From assembly GCA_963836485.1 (NCBI GenBank), contig CAWIJS010000013.1, positions 527,961 through 591,960 on the forward strand: a DNA stretch of 64,000 nt. The letters are read 5' to 3'. The notes below the pieces were generated by a model. It was given only the letters and a program-made list of their open reading frames with translations, had not been told where the DNA came from and did no database searches. The stretch is from an uncultured Conexibacteraceae bacterium (GTDB taxonomy: Bacteria; Actinomycetota; Thermoleophilia; Solirubrobacterales; Solirubrobacteraceae). The translations under genes and the position numbers were made by a program. Below, one piece after another: positions 21,210-29,913 of the stretch (position 1 is its first letter; each line of letters opens with the position of its first letter).

Positions 21210-21550
21210 ACGATCAGCTCCTTGATGGAATCCGGAACCACGAAGTAGTAGGCCCACAACCCGCGCCGCTCGGTCCCGATCACGCCTGCCTTGACGAGCA
21301 CCTTGAGGTGCTTCGCCAACGCGGGCTGCGACATGTCAAACAACGGCATCAACTCGCACTGGCAAACCGCCTCCGGCGCCGCCTTGCGTAGCGTGTCGAC
21401 GATCCGCAAACGGGTCGGGTCGGCCAGCGCCTTCACGGTAGCGGCGAGACGCGCCGCCTGCTCGGCGCTCAGATCCGGCTCAACAGGCGCAACGCAACAG
21501 CCACCGGACCGGCGCTCACGCGGGCTGAGGACCGGAAGGGTGGCGTGCAT
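21197..21550 (-). CDS. arsR: ArsR/SmtB family repressor
   Basis: KALADPTRLRI, VCQCEL, SQPALAKHLKVL. Confidence 0.92.
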   Translation of the reverse strand: MHATLPVLSPRERRSGGCCVAPVEPDLSAEQAARLAATVKALADPTRLRIVDTLRKAAPEAVCQCELMPLFDMSQPALAKHLKVLVKAGVIGTERRGLWAYYFVVPDSIKELIVWLT

Positions 21551-21563
21551 CGGGGCCAACATA

Positions 21564-21600
21564 CACAACCTTTTGGTTATGAGCAAGCCGTTTGGTTATG
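21564..21600. promoter_or_regulatory. Putative ArsR operator, tandem sites
   Basis: AT-rich; TTTGGTTATG twice; imperfect palindrome CACAACC-TTTT-GGTTATG upstream of arsR. Confidence 0.65.
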
Positions 21601-21622
21601 TCTCAGCGATGTCGACCTACCC

Positions 21623-22123
21623 CTACAGCCATCCATCGGTGACCGACATGGGCGGCGCGTCAGGAAAGAGCTTGGCGAGCGTGTCACGGAGAAGCTCGAA
21701 GTCCGCGCGATTGTCGGTGGCGACGTCAAGTCCCGCGGCGAAGGCGGTGGCCGCGATCTCGATGTCCAGGAGCCACGAGGCCTGGCGCATGGTCTTCGAG
21801 CGCGGGTCCCGACGAGCCGGCGGATGCGGCAACAGTCCCCGGAGACGACCCGCGATCAGCGCCGCACGGCCGTCGAGTGCCACGACCGCGAAGACATCGC
21901 TGGCCAGCAAGCGCGTGAACCAGGCCAGCAGGTTGGCGTAACGGGTGTCCGAGCTCGCCATGCGCTGGTAGCCGTAGGCGATCTCCAGGACCGCCGGGGC
22001 GGCGATGCGAACGGGCATGCCCTCGGCCGCCCGATCGACGACGTAGTCCAACACATCGCTGTGCGGATGCAGCCGGGAGGCCACCGTCGTATCCCAGAGG
22101 GCTGACACAAGCAGAACTGTCAC
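21623..22123 (-). CDS. PIN-domain (VapC-like) toxin
   Basis: WDTT, VLEI, LDIEIAATA, ATDNRADF acidic PIN residues. Confidence 0.85.
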   Translation of the reverse strand: MTVLLVSALWDTTVASRLHPHSDVLDYVVDRAAEGMPVRIAAPAVLEIAYGYQRMASSDTRYANLLAWFTRLLASDVFAVVALDGRAALIAGRLRGLLPHPPARRDPRSKTMRQASWLLDIEIAATAFAAGLDVATDNRADFELLRDTLAKLFPDAPPMSVTDGWL

Positions 22124-22470
22124 GGCGCCGGAGCGGCGCCGGCGTCCTCGCCGTCACGGGCGAGAACCGCAGCACGGGCTTCTTCAGGCGAGGGAAAGTT
22201 GTCGGCGCCCATGTCGACGACACCCGGCACCACCGCTGCCCACCGTTCCTCGCGGCGCACGGCAATGCTCTGCTCGAACTCGTAAATGCGAGCCCCACGG
22301 GTGGCGAGCCGCAGCAGGGCGTCGTTGCGGGAGATGCCAAGTTCCTCGGCCAGACGATCGGCGCTGCCAGCCAGCTCATCGGGGACCCGCAGGGTCGTAC
22401 GCGGCCCCTCGGTCCGCGGAGCGCGCGGAGCAGGCGTCCGCGCGTTCGGTGCTCGCCGTACCTTGGACAT
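22120..22470 (-). CDS. Ribbon-helix-helix antitoxin (VapB-like)
   Basis: RTTLRVPDEL...LAEELGISRNDALLRL; GTGA overlap with PIN gene. Confidence 0.8.
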   Translation of the reverse strand: MSKVRRAPNARTPAPRAPRTEGPRTTLRVPDELAGSADRLAEELGISRNDALLRLATRGARIYEFEQSIAVRREERWAAVVPGVVDMGADNFPSPEEARAAVLARDGEDAGAAPAP

Positions 22471-22483
22471 GGATCAAAGATAA

Positions 22484-22520
22484 CGCATCAGAAGATGCGC
22501 TCGGCTAGCGACATGCGCAT
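22484..22520. promoter_or_regulatory. Putative TA autoregulatory operator
   Basis: CGCATC-agaa-GATGCG (22484-22499) and ATGCGCAT (22513-22520). Confidence 0.5.
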
Positions 22521-22585
22521 CGGCCCGCTCTGACAGAGAGCAAGAGGCCCTTGAAAGACACAACCGTCTGCAATGATCGCTGTAC

Positions 22586-23011
22586 ATGGCAATCTGGCTC
22601 AAGCCCTTCGGCGAAGACCACCCAGTCGAGCCGATCGACTCCGCCAACGGCCTCGCCGCAAAGGGAGACAGGCGCACGTTCTTCGAGCCGATGAGCGTCG
22701 ACGAGCGCGGCGTCCCGCAACTCACGCTTGCCGGCGTGCCGTTCGGCAAGCCACGGTATGAGGTCGGTGACCTGATCGCCCCGTACTGGCACGGCTCGCA
22801 CGAGATCACTGAGATCTGGGAGGTCGTCGAGGCCCCGAAGCCCGCCGAGCGGGCGGCGTGGTCGTGGCAGACGCAGGTACAACTCGTCGATCGCATCGCC
22901 GGGCTGCCGATCACGGATCTGGACGTCGGACCCCAGGCCCTGGGAGCACGCATCAAACTCCGTCTGCGCGACCATCGCGAGGCGATTCTCACGGCGGCCT
23001 TCGGACTCTGA
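22586..23011 (+). CDS. Hypothetical protein, possible EVE/PUA-like fold
   Basis: IWLK...EVGDLIAPYWHG...ITEIWEVVEAP...W..QVQLV pattern. Confidence 0.6.
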   Translation: MAIWLKPFGEDHPVEPIDSANGLAAKGDRRTFFEPMSVDERGVPQLTLAGVPFGKPRYEVGDLIAPYWHGSHEITEIWEVVEAPKPAERAAWSWQTQVQLVDRIAGLPITDLDVGPQALGARIKLRLRDHREAILTAAFGL

Positions 23012-23020
23012 GGCGACCGA

Positions 23021-23093
23021 AGCGGGCGACGGGGGTCGAACCCGCGACCTTTGGCTTGGGAAGCCAACGCTCTACCAACTGAGCTACACCCGC
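23021..23093 (-). tRNA. tRNA-Gly (CCC)
   Basis: GCGGGTGTAGCTCAGTTGGTAGAGCGTTGGCTTCCCAAGCCAAAGGTCGCGGGTTCGACCCCCGTCGCCCGCT folds as cloverleaf; CCA not encoded. Confidence 0.96.
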
Positions 23094-23172
23094 GAAGGTT
23101 GGGGCAGTCTAGCGGGCTCGGCGCAGCAGCCTAACGTCGGCCCAACGCGCCGCAGCAATACCCTGTCGAGTC

Positions 23173-23736
23173 GTGACCGCCAGCCGCCGTCGCCCTGTTG
23201 TCCCGATCGTCGTCGGCCTGCTTGCCGCGGCGTTGGTGGGGCTGCTCGTCTACGGCGTGGTGCATGGTGGCGAGAACACGACGCTCGATGATGCGGTCAA
23301 GCAGGGCAAGCTGCCGGCGGCGCCCGGCCAGACGCTGAAGCGGCCGCTGCTCAGCGGCGCCGGGGAAGCGTCGATCGCCGACTACCGGGGCAAGGTCGTG
23401 GTCTTGAACTTCTGGGCGTCGTGGTGTGAGCCGTGCATCGCCGAGGCGCCGGTCCTCGAGAAGGCGCAGGCGGCCCTGACCAAGAGCGGCAACGGCACGG
23501 TGCTCGGCGCGACCTACGAGGACGTCGGCGACGACTCCAAGAAGTTCGAGCGCGAGCACCACGTCACCTACCCGTCGATGCGCGACGTGAGCACCAACCT
23601 CGCTCACAAGTACGGCACCAACAAACTTCCCGAGACGTTCGTGATCGACCGCAAGGGCCGGATCGTCGCGATCTCGCGCGGCCAGATCAGCCAGAAGTTC
23701 CTCGACGGCGCGATCGCCAAGGCGGAACAGTCGTGA
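23173..23736 (+). CDS. TlpA/CcmG-like membrane-anchored thiol-disulfide reductase
   Basis: NFWASWCEPC, LPETFVID. Confidence 0.92.
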   Translation: MTASRRRPVVPIVVGLLAAALVGLLVYGVVHGGENTTLDDAVKQGKLPAAPGQTLKRPLLSGAGEASIADYRGKVVVLNFWASWCEPCIAEAPVLEKAQAALTKSGNGTVLGATYEDVGDDSKKFEREHHVTYPSMRDVSTNLAHKYGTNKLPETFVIDRKGRIVAISRGQISQKFLDGAIAKAEQS

Positions 23737-24203
23737 GGCGCACCGGCGTCCTCGCGCTCCTGCTCGCGCTGCTCGCGCTCCCGGCAGCAGCCCTCGCCGC
23801 CGACGCCACCCGCGCCTCGTTCACCGACATCGAGGACGAGGTCATGTGCGTCGCCTGCGGCGTGCCGCTGACGATCGCCGACTCGCCCCAGGCCGACCGC
23901 GAGCGCGCCTACATCCGCTCGCTCGTCGCCAAGGACCTGACCAAGGACCAGATCAAGACCGAGCTGGTCAGCACCTACGGCGACCGCGTGCTGGCCATGC
24001 CCAAAGACAAGGGCTTCGGCCTCGCCGCCTACCTCGTCCCGATCGCGATCGTCCTGGCGATGCTCGCCGGGCTGGCCGTCGTCCTCCCTCGCTGGCGTCG
24101 CAACCGCGACGGCCCCGGAAGCACGATCGCGCCCGACGGCCCGCCGCTAACCGACGCAGACTCGCAGCGCTTGGCGGAAGATCTCGCCCGCTACGACGTC
24201 TGA
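23733..24203 (+). CDS. ccmH: Cytochrome c biogenesis protein CcmH
   Basis: Signal peptide, VMCVAC, YGDRVLAMP, C-terminal TM; GTGA overlap. Confidence 0.85.
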   Translation: MRRTGVLALLLALLALPAAALAADATRASFTDIEDEVMCVACGVPLTIADSPQADRERAYIRSLVAKDLTKDQIKTELVSTYGDRVLAMPKDKGFGLAAYLVPIAIVLAMLAGLAVVLPRWRRNRDGPGSTIAPDGPPLTDADSQRLAEDLARYDV

Positions 24204-24214
24204 CCCTCGACCAT

Positions 24215-24973
24215 ATGCTCGCCGCCGCCACGACCCATGTCGACACGACCGTCTTCGCCGCCTTCGCGGTCGGCTTCGTGTCGTTCATCTCCCCCTGCGT
24301 GCTCCCGCTCGTCCCCGGCTACCTCAGCGCGATCTCCGGCGTCACGATCGACGAGATGCGCGGCGAGGAGCGCAAGGTCGGCAAGGTCCTCGGGCCCGCG
24401 ATCATCTTCTGCCTGTCGTTCACGATCATGTTCGTGGCCTTGGGCATGTCGGCCACGGGCATCGGCTCGACGCTGCACGACCACCAGGACACGCTGAACC
24501 GGATCGCCGGCTGGCTGATCGTCGTCCTCGGCGTCTTCTTCGTCTGCACGCTCTTCGTCCCGCGCTTCAACCAGGAGTGGCGCCCGGAAGCGCTGATCAC
24601 GCGCGCCGGCGCCGGCGGCCCGGTCGTCGCCGGGCTCGCCTTCGCGGTCGCCTGGACGCCGTGCGTCGGCCCGACGCTGGCGAGCATCCTCGCCGCCGCC
24701 TCGACCTCCGACACCGTCGGCAAGGGCGGCCTGCTGCTGGCCTTCTACTCACTCGGCCTGGCAATCCCGTTCCTGCTGACCGCCGTCGCGTTCGACCGTG
24801 CGACGACCGCCTTCCGATGGCTGCGCGACCGCTACGTGTTGGTCACCGCCGTCTCCGGCGTGATCCTCATCGTGATGGGCCTGCTCATCGTCACCGGCGA
24901 GCTGGCGGTCCTCAACGCCAAGGCCCAGCACGGGCTGTCCAGCCTCGGGCTGGACTTCATCTACAACTTGTAG
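24215..24973 (+). CDS. ccdA: Cytochrome c biogenesis protein CcdA
   Basis: SFISPCVLPLVPGY, WTPCVGPTL. Confidence 0.92.
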   Translation: MLAAATTHVDTTVFAAFAVGFVSFISPCVLPLVPGYLSAISGVTIDEMRGEERKVGKVLGPAIIFCLSFTIMFVALGMSATGIGSTLHDHQDTLNRIAGWLIVVLGVFFVCTLFVPRFNQEWRPEALITRAGAGGPVVAGLAFAVAWTPCVGPTLASILAAASTSDTVGKGGLLLAFYSLGLAIPFLLTAVAFDRATTAFRWLRDRYVLVTAVSGVILIVMGLLIVTGELAVLNAKAQHGLSSLGLDFIYNL

Positions 24974-24979
24974 AACCGC

Positions 24980-26617
24980 TCACATTTCCTGCGGCGCACT
25001 GACGCCCAGGAGATCCAGCGCCCGCGCGATCGTCTGCTGCGCGGCGACGCTCAGCGCGATCCGGAAGGACTCAAGCTCTTCCGGCTCAACATCGACAACC
25101 TGACAGTCGCGGTAGAAGGCCGTGAACGCCTGCGCCAACTCATAGGCGTAGGACGCGATGCGGTGGACCGCGCGCCGCTCGGCGGCATCCACAGCCTCCT
25201 GCGGCCAGGCCAACAACTTGCTGATGAGCGCCCGCTCGGACGGATGCAGCGAAAGGCCAGCGGGAGCGCCGGCGGCCAGCGCCGCATCCACACGCTCGGC
25301 CCCCGCCTTGCGCAGCACCGCCGCGATCCGCGCGTGCGCGTACTGCACGTAGTACACGGGGTTCTCGGCGCTCTGGCTCGTCGCCAGCGCCAGGTCGAGC
25401 TCGATCGTCGTGTCGTGCGAGCGGTTGAGCAGGAACCAGCGCGATGCGTCGACGCCGATCTCCTCGACCAGGTCGTCGAGCGTCACGAACTCGCCCGCGC
25501 GCTTGCTCATCGACACCTTCTCGCCCGCCCGGACGAGGTGGACGAACTGCATGATCAGCAGATCAAGGCGATCCGGATCCCCGCCCAGCGCCTGGAACGC
25601 GGCACGCATCCGGCCGATGTAGCCGTGGTGGTCGGCGCCCAACACGTACACCATGCGATCGAAGCCGCGCTCGCGCTTGTTCTGCGCGTAGGCGATGTCC
25701 GAAGCAAAGTAGGTGTGGTCGCCGGTCGACCGCTCGATGACGCGGTCCTTGTCGTCGCCGAAGTCGGTCGTGCGCAGCCACAGCGCGCCCTCGGACGTAA
25801 AGGAGTGCCCCTGCGCAGCCAGCACCTCAAAGCCATGAACAACGCCGGAGGGCGAGCCTTCGTGCAAGGACTTCTCGCTGAACCACACGTCGAACTCGAC
25901 CCCGAACGCGTGCAGCGACGCCTTCGCACGCGACACCATCATCGCCACGGCCTCGTCGCCGACCTCCTCGACCGGCCGCTCCGCAGCGCCCTCGATCTCC
26001 AGCGCGAGCGTCGCCACGTACTCACCGACGTAGCCGTCCTCGGGGATCTCCTCGCCCCGTGCGCGCGCCTGCACCGACCGCCCGAAGTTCGCGACCTGCG
26101 ACCCGTAGTCGTTGATGTAGAACTCGCGCGTGACATCGTGGCCCACGAAGGAGAACAACCGCGCCAGCGCGTCGCCATAGGCCGCGTTGCGCGCATGGCC
26201 CACGTGCAACGGCCCCGTCGGGTTGGCGGAGACGAACTCGACGTCGACCTTCTCGAAGACCGCGGCGCTCCCCGCGCCGAAGCGGTCCCCCGCCGCAAGC
26301 ACATGGCCCAGCGCATCCAGGTACCACGCGTCGCTCAAGAACAGGTTCAGAAAACCCGGGCCGGCGACCTCCACGCGCTCCAACGAAGCACCCAACCCAG
26401 CGGTCAGCTCCTCGGCCAGCCGCCCCGCGACCTCCCGCGGCGCCGCCTTCATCACCGGCGCGAGCAGCATCGCCGCGTTGGTCGCGTAGTCACCGTGGTC
26501 GGCCTGACGCGGGCGCTCCAGCGTCGGGCGGCTCTTGGGCGCGGGGGCGCCCTCGCCCGCCGCGGCCGACGCGGCCGCCTCCACCGCGGCGCGCAACGTA
26601 TCCACCGGATGGCTCAT
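24980..26617 (-). CDS. argS: Arginine--tRNA ligase
   Basis: HGDYATN, EFVSANPTGPLHVGHAR, GADHHGY, MSKRAG, YVQYAHAR. Confidence 0.97.
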   Translation of the reverse strand: MSHPVDTLRAAVEAAASAAAGEGAPAPKSRPTLERPRQADHGDYATNAAMLLAPVMKAAPREVAGRLAEELTAGLGASLERVEVAGPGFLNLFLSDAWYLDALGHVLAAGDRFGAGSAAVFEKVDVEFVSANPTGPLHVGHARNAAYGDALARLFSFVGHDVTREFYINDYGSQVANFGRSVQARARGEEIPEDGYVGEYVATLALEIEGAAERPVEEVGDEAVAMMVSRAKASLHAFGVEFDVWFSEKSLHEGSPSGVVHGFEVLAAQGHSFTSEGALWLRTTDFGDDKDRVIERSTGDHTYFASDIAYAQNKRERGFDRMVYVLGADHHGYIGRMRAAFQALGGDPDRLDLLIMQFVHLVRAGEKVSMSKRAGEFVTLDDLVEEIGVDASRWFLLNRSHDTTIELDLALATSQSAENPVYYVQYAHARIAAVLRKAGAERVDAALAAGAPAGLSLHPSERALISKLLAWPQEAVDAAERRAVHRIASYAYELAQAFTAFYRDCQVVDVEPEELESFRIALSVAAQQTIARALDLLGVSAPQEM

Positions 26618-27657
26618 AGCGCGGCTCCAGTAGATGTATGGGTTGGGGTGAAGAGGCTCTCGAGACGATCCATGGTGCGCGGCGTTCCCATGGCCATGAT
26701 GACGTCCCCGACCGCCAAGACGATCTCTGCCTCTGGCTGAGGCTGGAAGCCGCCCGCCGCCGGCTTCAGACCGACGATGTAGGAGCCGCCGCGGATGTCA
26801 CCGATCGTCTGCCCCACCCCGGCGCAGCCGGCGGTGACCGTGATCTCCTCCATGCGGTACTCGGCGGCCACGTCGCGGACGCCGGAGACCTGCGGATGCA
26901 ACGCGATCCGTGCCATCTCCCCGCCCGAGGACTTGTAGGGGGAGATGACGCGCGAGGCGCCCGCGCGCACCAGCTTGCGCTCGGAGTCCTCCTGCGAGGC
27001 CCGCGCGACAATCGCGATGTCCGGCGAGAGCTCGCGCGCCGTCAAGGTAATGAAGACGTTCTCGGCATCGGAGTCGACGCAGGCCACGACCGCCCGCGCG
27101 CGCTCGATCCCCGCCTGGCGCAGCGCCCGGTCATCCGACGGCTCGGCCTCGATGAACCGCACGCCAACGCCGCTGGCGAACTCGCGGTTGGCCGGGTCGG
27201 CGTCGATGACCACGTAGCGCGCGCCGGCGCCCTTGAGATCACGCGCGACCTGCCGACCCACGCGGCCGTAGCCACAGATGATGAAGTGGTCGGTGGTCGC
27301 GTCGATCATCTTCTGCATCCTACGCGCGGCCAGCAGGTCGGCCACGTGCCCGGCGACCAGCAGCTCGGTCACCGAGACCAACCCATAGAAGAGCGTCCCG
27401 ACGCCTAGGACCGTCAAGACGACCCGGGAGATCTCGACCCCAAGCTTGTGCTCCGGCGGATAGGCGCCGGTGGTCGCCACGACGTCCAGCGCGTGCAGGA
27501 ACCCAGTCCACAGCGAGACGCTCTCGGTCAGCGAGAGCGCAACCGTCCCGACCGCGATCAGCCCGGCGATGCCGAGGCCGAGCTTCGCAAGCCGTGCGAC
27601 GAACTGCGCCAGCTCACGCTCGGCCGGGGTTCTCGGGGTGCGGTCCTGGTTGGCCAT
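26614..27657 (-). CDS. Potassium channel family protein with TrkA-N/C (RCK) domains
   Basis: Two TMs and pore segment, IICGYGRVG; pore reads ATTGAY. Confidence 0.88.
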   Translation of the reverse strand: MANQDRTPRTPAERELAQFVARLAKLGLGIAGLIAVGTVALSLTESVSLWTGFLHALDVVATTGAYPPEHKLGVEISRVVLTVLGVGTLFYGLVSVTELLVAGHVADLLAARRMQKMIDATTDHFIICGYGRVGRQVARDLKGAGARYVVIDADPANREFASGVGVRFIEAEPSDDRALRQAGIERARAVVACVDSDAENVFITLTARELSPDIAIVARASQEDSERKLVRAGASRVISPYKSSGGEMARIALHPQVSGVRDVAAEYRMEEITVTAGCAGVGQTIGDIRGGSYIVGLKPAAGGFQPQPEAEIVLAVGDVIMAMGTPRTMDRLESLFTPTHTSTGAAL

Positions 27658-28067
27658 CAGTAGTGGTAGGGCTCGTTGCCGAGGATCTTGTGCGCGCGAT
27701 AGACCTGCTCGAGCAGAACCACGCGCGCAAGTTGATGGGGCAGCGTCATCGGGCCGAACGAGAGTCGGTGGTCGACGCGCTCGAGCTCGACCCCGCCGAA
27801 GGCGCCACCGATGACAAACCAGACGTCGCGGCCCTCGTGCCGGCGCGCCTCCATCCAGCGGCTGAACGCGACCGAGTCCATCGCCTCGCCGCCGCTGTCG
27901 AGCAGCGAGACGAACGCGCGCTCCGGGATCCGCTTGGCGACCTGCTCGTCGTCGCGCACCTCCATGACCTCGACGCGCGCCTGACCGCCCAACAGCTTGC
28001 GATAGTGCTGCACGTCGTCGGCATACGGAGGCTTGATGCGGCCGACGGCCAGCACGACGATCTTCAT
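27657..28067 (-). CDS. rlmH: 23S rRNA m3Psi1915 methyltransferase
   Basis: MKIVVLAVG, FVIGGAFG, MTLPHQLARVVLLEQVYRA, PYHY. Confidence 0.95.
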   Translation of the reverse strand: MKIVVLAVGRIKPPYADDVQHYRKLLGGQARVEVMEVRDDEQVAKRIPERAFVSLLDSGGEAMDSVAFSRWMEARRHEGRDVWFVIGGAFGGVELERVDHRLSFGPMTLPHQLARVVLLEQVYRAHKILGNEPYHY

Positions 28068-28088
28068 GAGGTTGCGATACTGGCACGC

Positions 28089-28421
28089 ATGGATGACGAG
28101 CACCAAGAGCCCGAGCGCCACATCAACATCCAGTTCGACCCCAAGCAGATGGCCGGTCACTACGCGAACTTCGCGAACGTCAGCCACTCCGACTACGAGT
28201 TCACCGTGACGTTTGCGCGCGTCGACCACGAGGTCGAGGACGACGAGGTGCCCGGCGTGGTCGTCACGCGCGTCAACCTCTCGCCCAAGTTCATGCGCGA
28301 GCTGATCGACGCCATGCAGGACAACTACTCCAAGTGGCAGACCCGCGAGGGCATCAAGAACCTCCCGGAGTACGGCGGTCCCGATGATCCGGGCGGGGTG
28401 GGCGGGCCGCATTCCGACTGA
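28089..28421 (+). CDS. DUF3467-like protein
   Basis: GHYANFANVSHSDYEFTVTF...RVNLSP. Confidence 0.8.
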   Translation: MDDEHQEPERHINIQFDPKQMAGHYANFANVSHSDYEFTVTFARVDHEVEDDEVPGVVVTRVNLSPKFMRELIDAMQDNYSKWQTREGIKNLPEYGGPDDPGGVGGPHSD

Positions 28422-28609
28422 TTGTGCCGATCGGCATAGCCCAGCGGTTGCCCTCGCTGATTGCCTCTGAGATGCTCGTTTGACCATGGAAGCGCAGCAC
28501 CGAGGCGGTCAGCGGTGCCAGTCCCTCTCGCTTGCGGGATGAACCGGCGCCGCTGGTCGGCTCGATAGCCTGACGCATGGGTCTGAGCGCCGACGGGCGC
28601 TCTTTTCAC

Positions 28610-29341
28610 ATGCGCATCGCCGTCCTCTCCGACATCCATGGCAACTTGCACGCTCTCGACGCGGTCTTGGCCGACGTGGAGCGCGAGGACGTGCATGAGA
28701 TCTGGTGCCTGGGCGACATCGTTGGTTATGGAGCCGATCCCAACGACTGCTGCGCGCGCGTGCGCGACCAGGTCGACATCGTGCTCTGCGGCAACCACGA
28801 CATGGCGGTCACCGGCGAGCTGTCGCTGGAGGAGTTCTCGCGCGGCGCGGCGATCGCGGCGCGGTGGACGCAGGAGGTCTTGCGCCCCGACCACGCCGCG
28901 TGGCTGCGAGCGCTCTCGCCGGCCGGCGAGGCGCGCGAGGTCGGCGTCTACCACGGCAGCCCGCGCGATCCGGTGTGGGAGTACGTCCTCAGCTCCCTCC
29001 TGGCGGAGTTGTGCTTTGACGCGATGGGCCCGCGGTTGGGGTTGGTTGGCCACTCGCACGTCGCGCTCTCCTTCGTCCGGCCGGAGGGCGAGCCCGCGAC
29101 CGGGGAGCCGCGCCGCGGCGGCGATGCCGTCGATCTCTCCACCGGAGAGTGGATCCTCAACCCCGGCAGCGTCGGCCAGCCGCGTGACGGGGATTCGCGC
29201 GCCGCCTGGCTGCTGCTCGATCTCGACCTCTGGCGCGCGCAATGGCGTCGGACTGAGTACGACATCTCCGGCGCCCAGGCCGCAATTCGCAACGCACGGC
29301 TACCGGCCTCGCTCGCGGAACGCCTGGAGTACGGTCAATAG
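28610..29341 (+). CDS. Metallophosphoesterase (calcineurin-like); alternative start 28577
   Basis: SDIHGN, LGDIVGYG, GNHD, HGSP, GHSH, NPGSVGQPRD. Confidence 0.93.
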   Translation: MRIAVLSDIHGNLHALDAVLADVEREDVHEIWCLGDIVGYGADPNDCCARVRDQVDIVLCGNHDMAVTGELSLEEFSRGAAIAARWTQEVLRPDHAAWLRALSPAGEAREVGVYHGSPRDPVWEYVLSSLLAELCFDAMGPRLGLVGHSHVALSFVRPEGEPATGEPRRGGDAVDLSTGEWILNPGSVGQPRDGDSRAAWLLLDLDLWRAQWRRTEYDISGAQAAIRNARLPASLAERLEYGQ

Positions 29342-29343
29342 GC

Positions 29344-29913
29344 GTGGTTCGTCTCCCCCACCTCCTCGCGCTGCTCTGCGGCTTCGCAGCGGCGCTGGCC
29401 GTCGGCTGCGGCGATCGGTCCAACCTGATCCCGTCCAGCCGCGCCTCTGAGCTGACGCAGCAGCTGAGCGATCTGCAGGCGTCGATCGACGCCGGGCAGT
29501 GCGACGGGCTGTCGGGACGGGTCACGGCGTTTCGCAACGACGCGGCGGATCTTGGAGGCGCGGTCGACCGGCGGCTGCGCTCCCGGATCAACGATGGCGC
29601 GGCGTCGCTGAAGGAGCACGCCGTCAGCGATTGTCAGGCCGCGGCCGACGCCGCCCAGCAGCAGACAGAGACGCAGCCAAGCGACACGACGCCGCCCGAC
29701 ACCCAGACCGACACGACGACCACCGAGCCGCAGACCCAGACGGTCACGACGCAGACGACACCGTCAACGGCCACGCCGCCGCAGACCACCACGCCGACGA
29801 CGCCGACCACCGCGACGCCCACGACCCCGGAGGGCTCGGGCCCTGGCGACGGCGGCACGCCGTCGGCCGGCACCGGCGGGACCTCCCCGGACGGCGGTGA
29901 TCAGACCCCATGA
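29344..29913 (+). CDS. Lipoprotein with Thr/Pro/Gly-rich tail
   Basis: Lipobox LAVGC; low-complexity C-terminal half. Confidence 0.8.
   Translation: MVRLPHLLALLCGFAAALAVGCGDRSNLIPSSRASELTQQLSDLQASIDAGQCDGLSGRVTAFRNDAADLGGAVDRRLRSRINDGAASLKEHAVSDCQAAADAAQQQTETQPSDTTPPDTQTDTTTTEPQTQTVTTQTTPSTATPPQTTTPTTPTTATPTTPEGSGPGDGGTPSAGTGGTSPDGGDQTP

Noticed and set aside
17843-23093. att-site duplication of the tRNA-Gly 3' end, prophage or ICE
   Set aside because: Only a short chance GC match inside a CDS was seen; no integrase or phage genes.
26618-26700. T-box leader upstream of argS
   Set aside because: argS overlaps the upstream channel gene; there is no leader space.
28495-28545. Minus-strand TTCATC...GAGGGACTGGC resembles a SAM-I riboswitch
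   Set aside because: GCAACC is not at the expected position, the closing P1 strand is missing, and it would lead into the antisense of the DUF3467 gene.
28461-28650. CTCTGAGATGCTCG and GTTTGACC recall 6S RNA
   Set aside because: No convincing closing stem about 180 nt away without running into the CDS; kept only as an unassigned structured region.
29660-29900. ACG/CCG-rich low-complexity tract
   Set aside because: Explained by the Thr/Pro tail of the lipoprotein.
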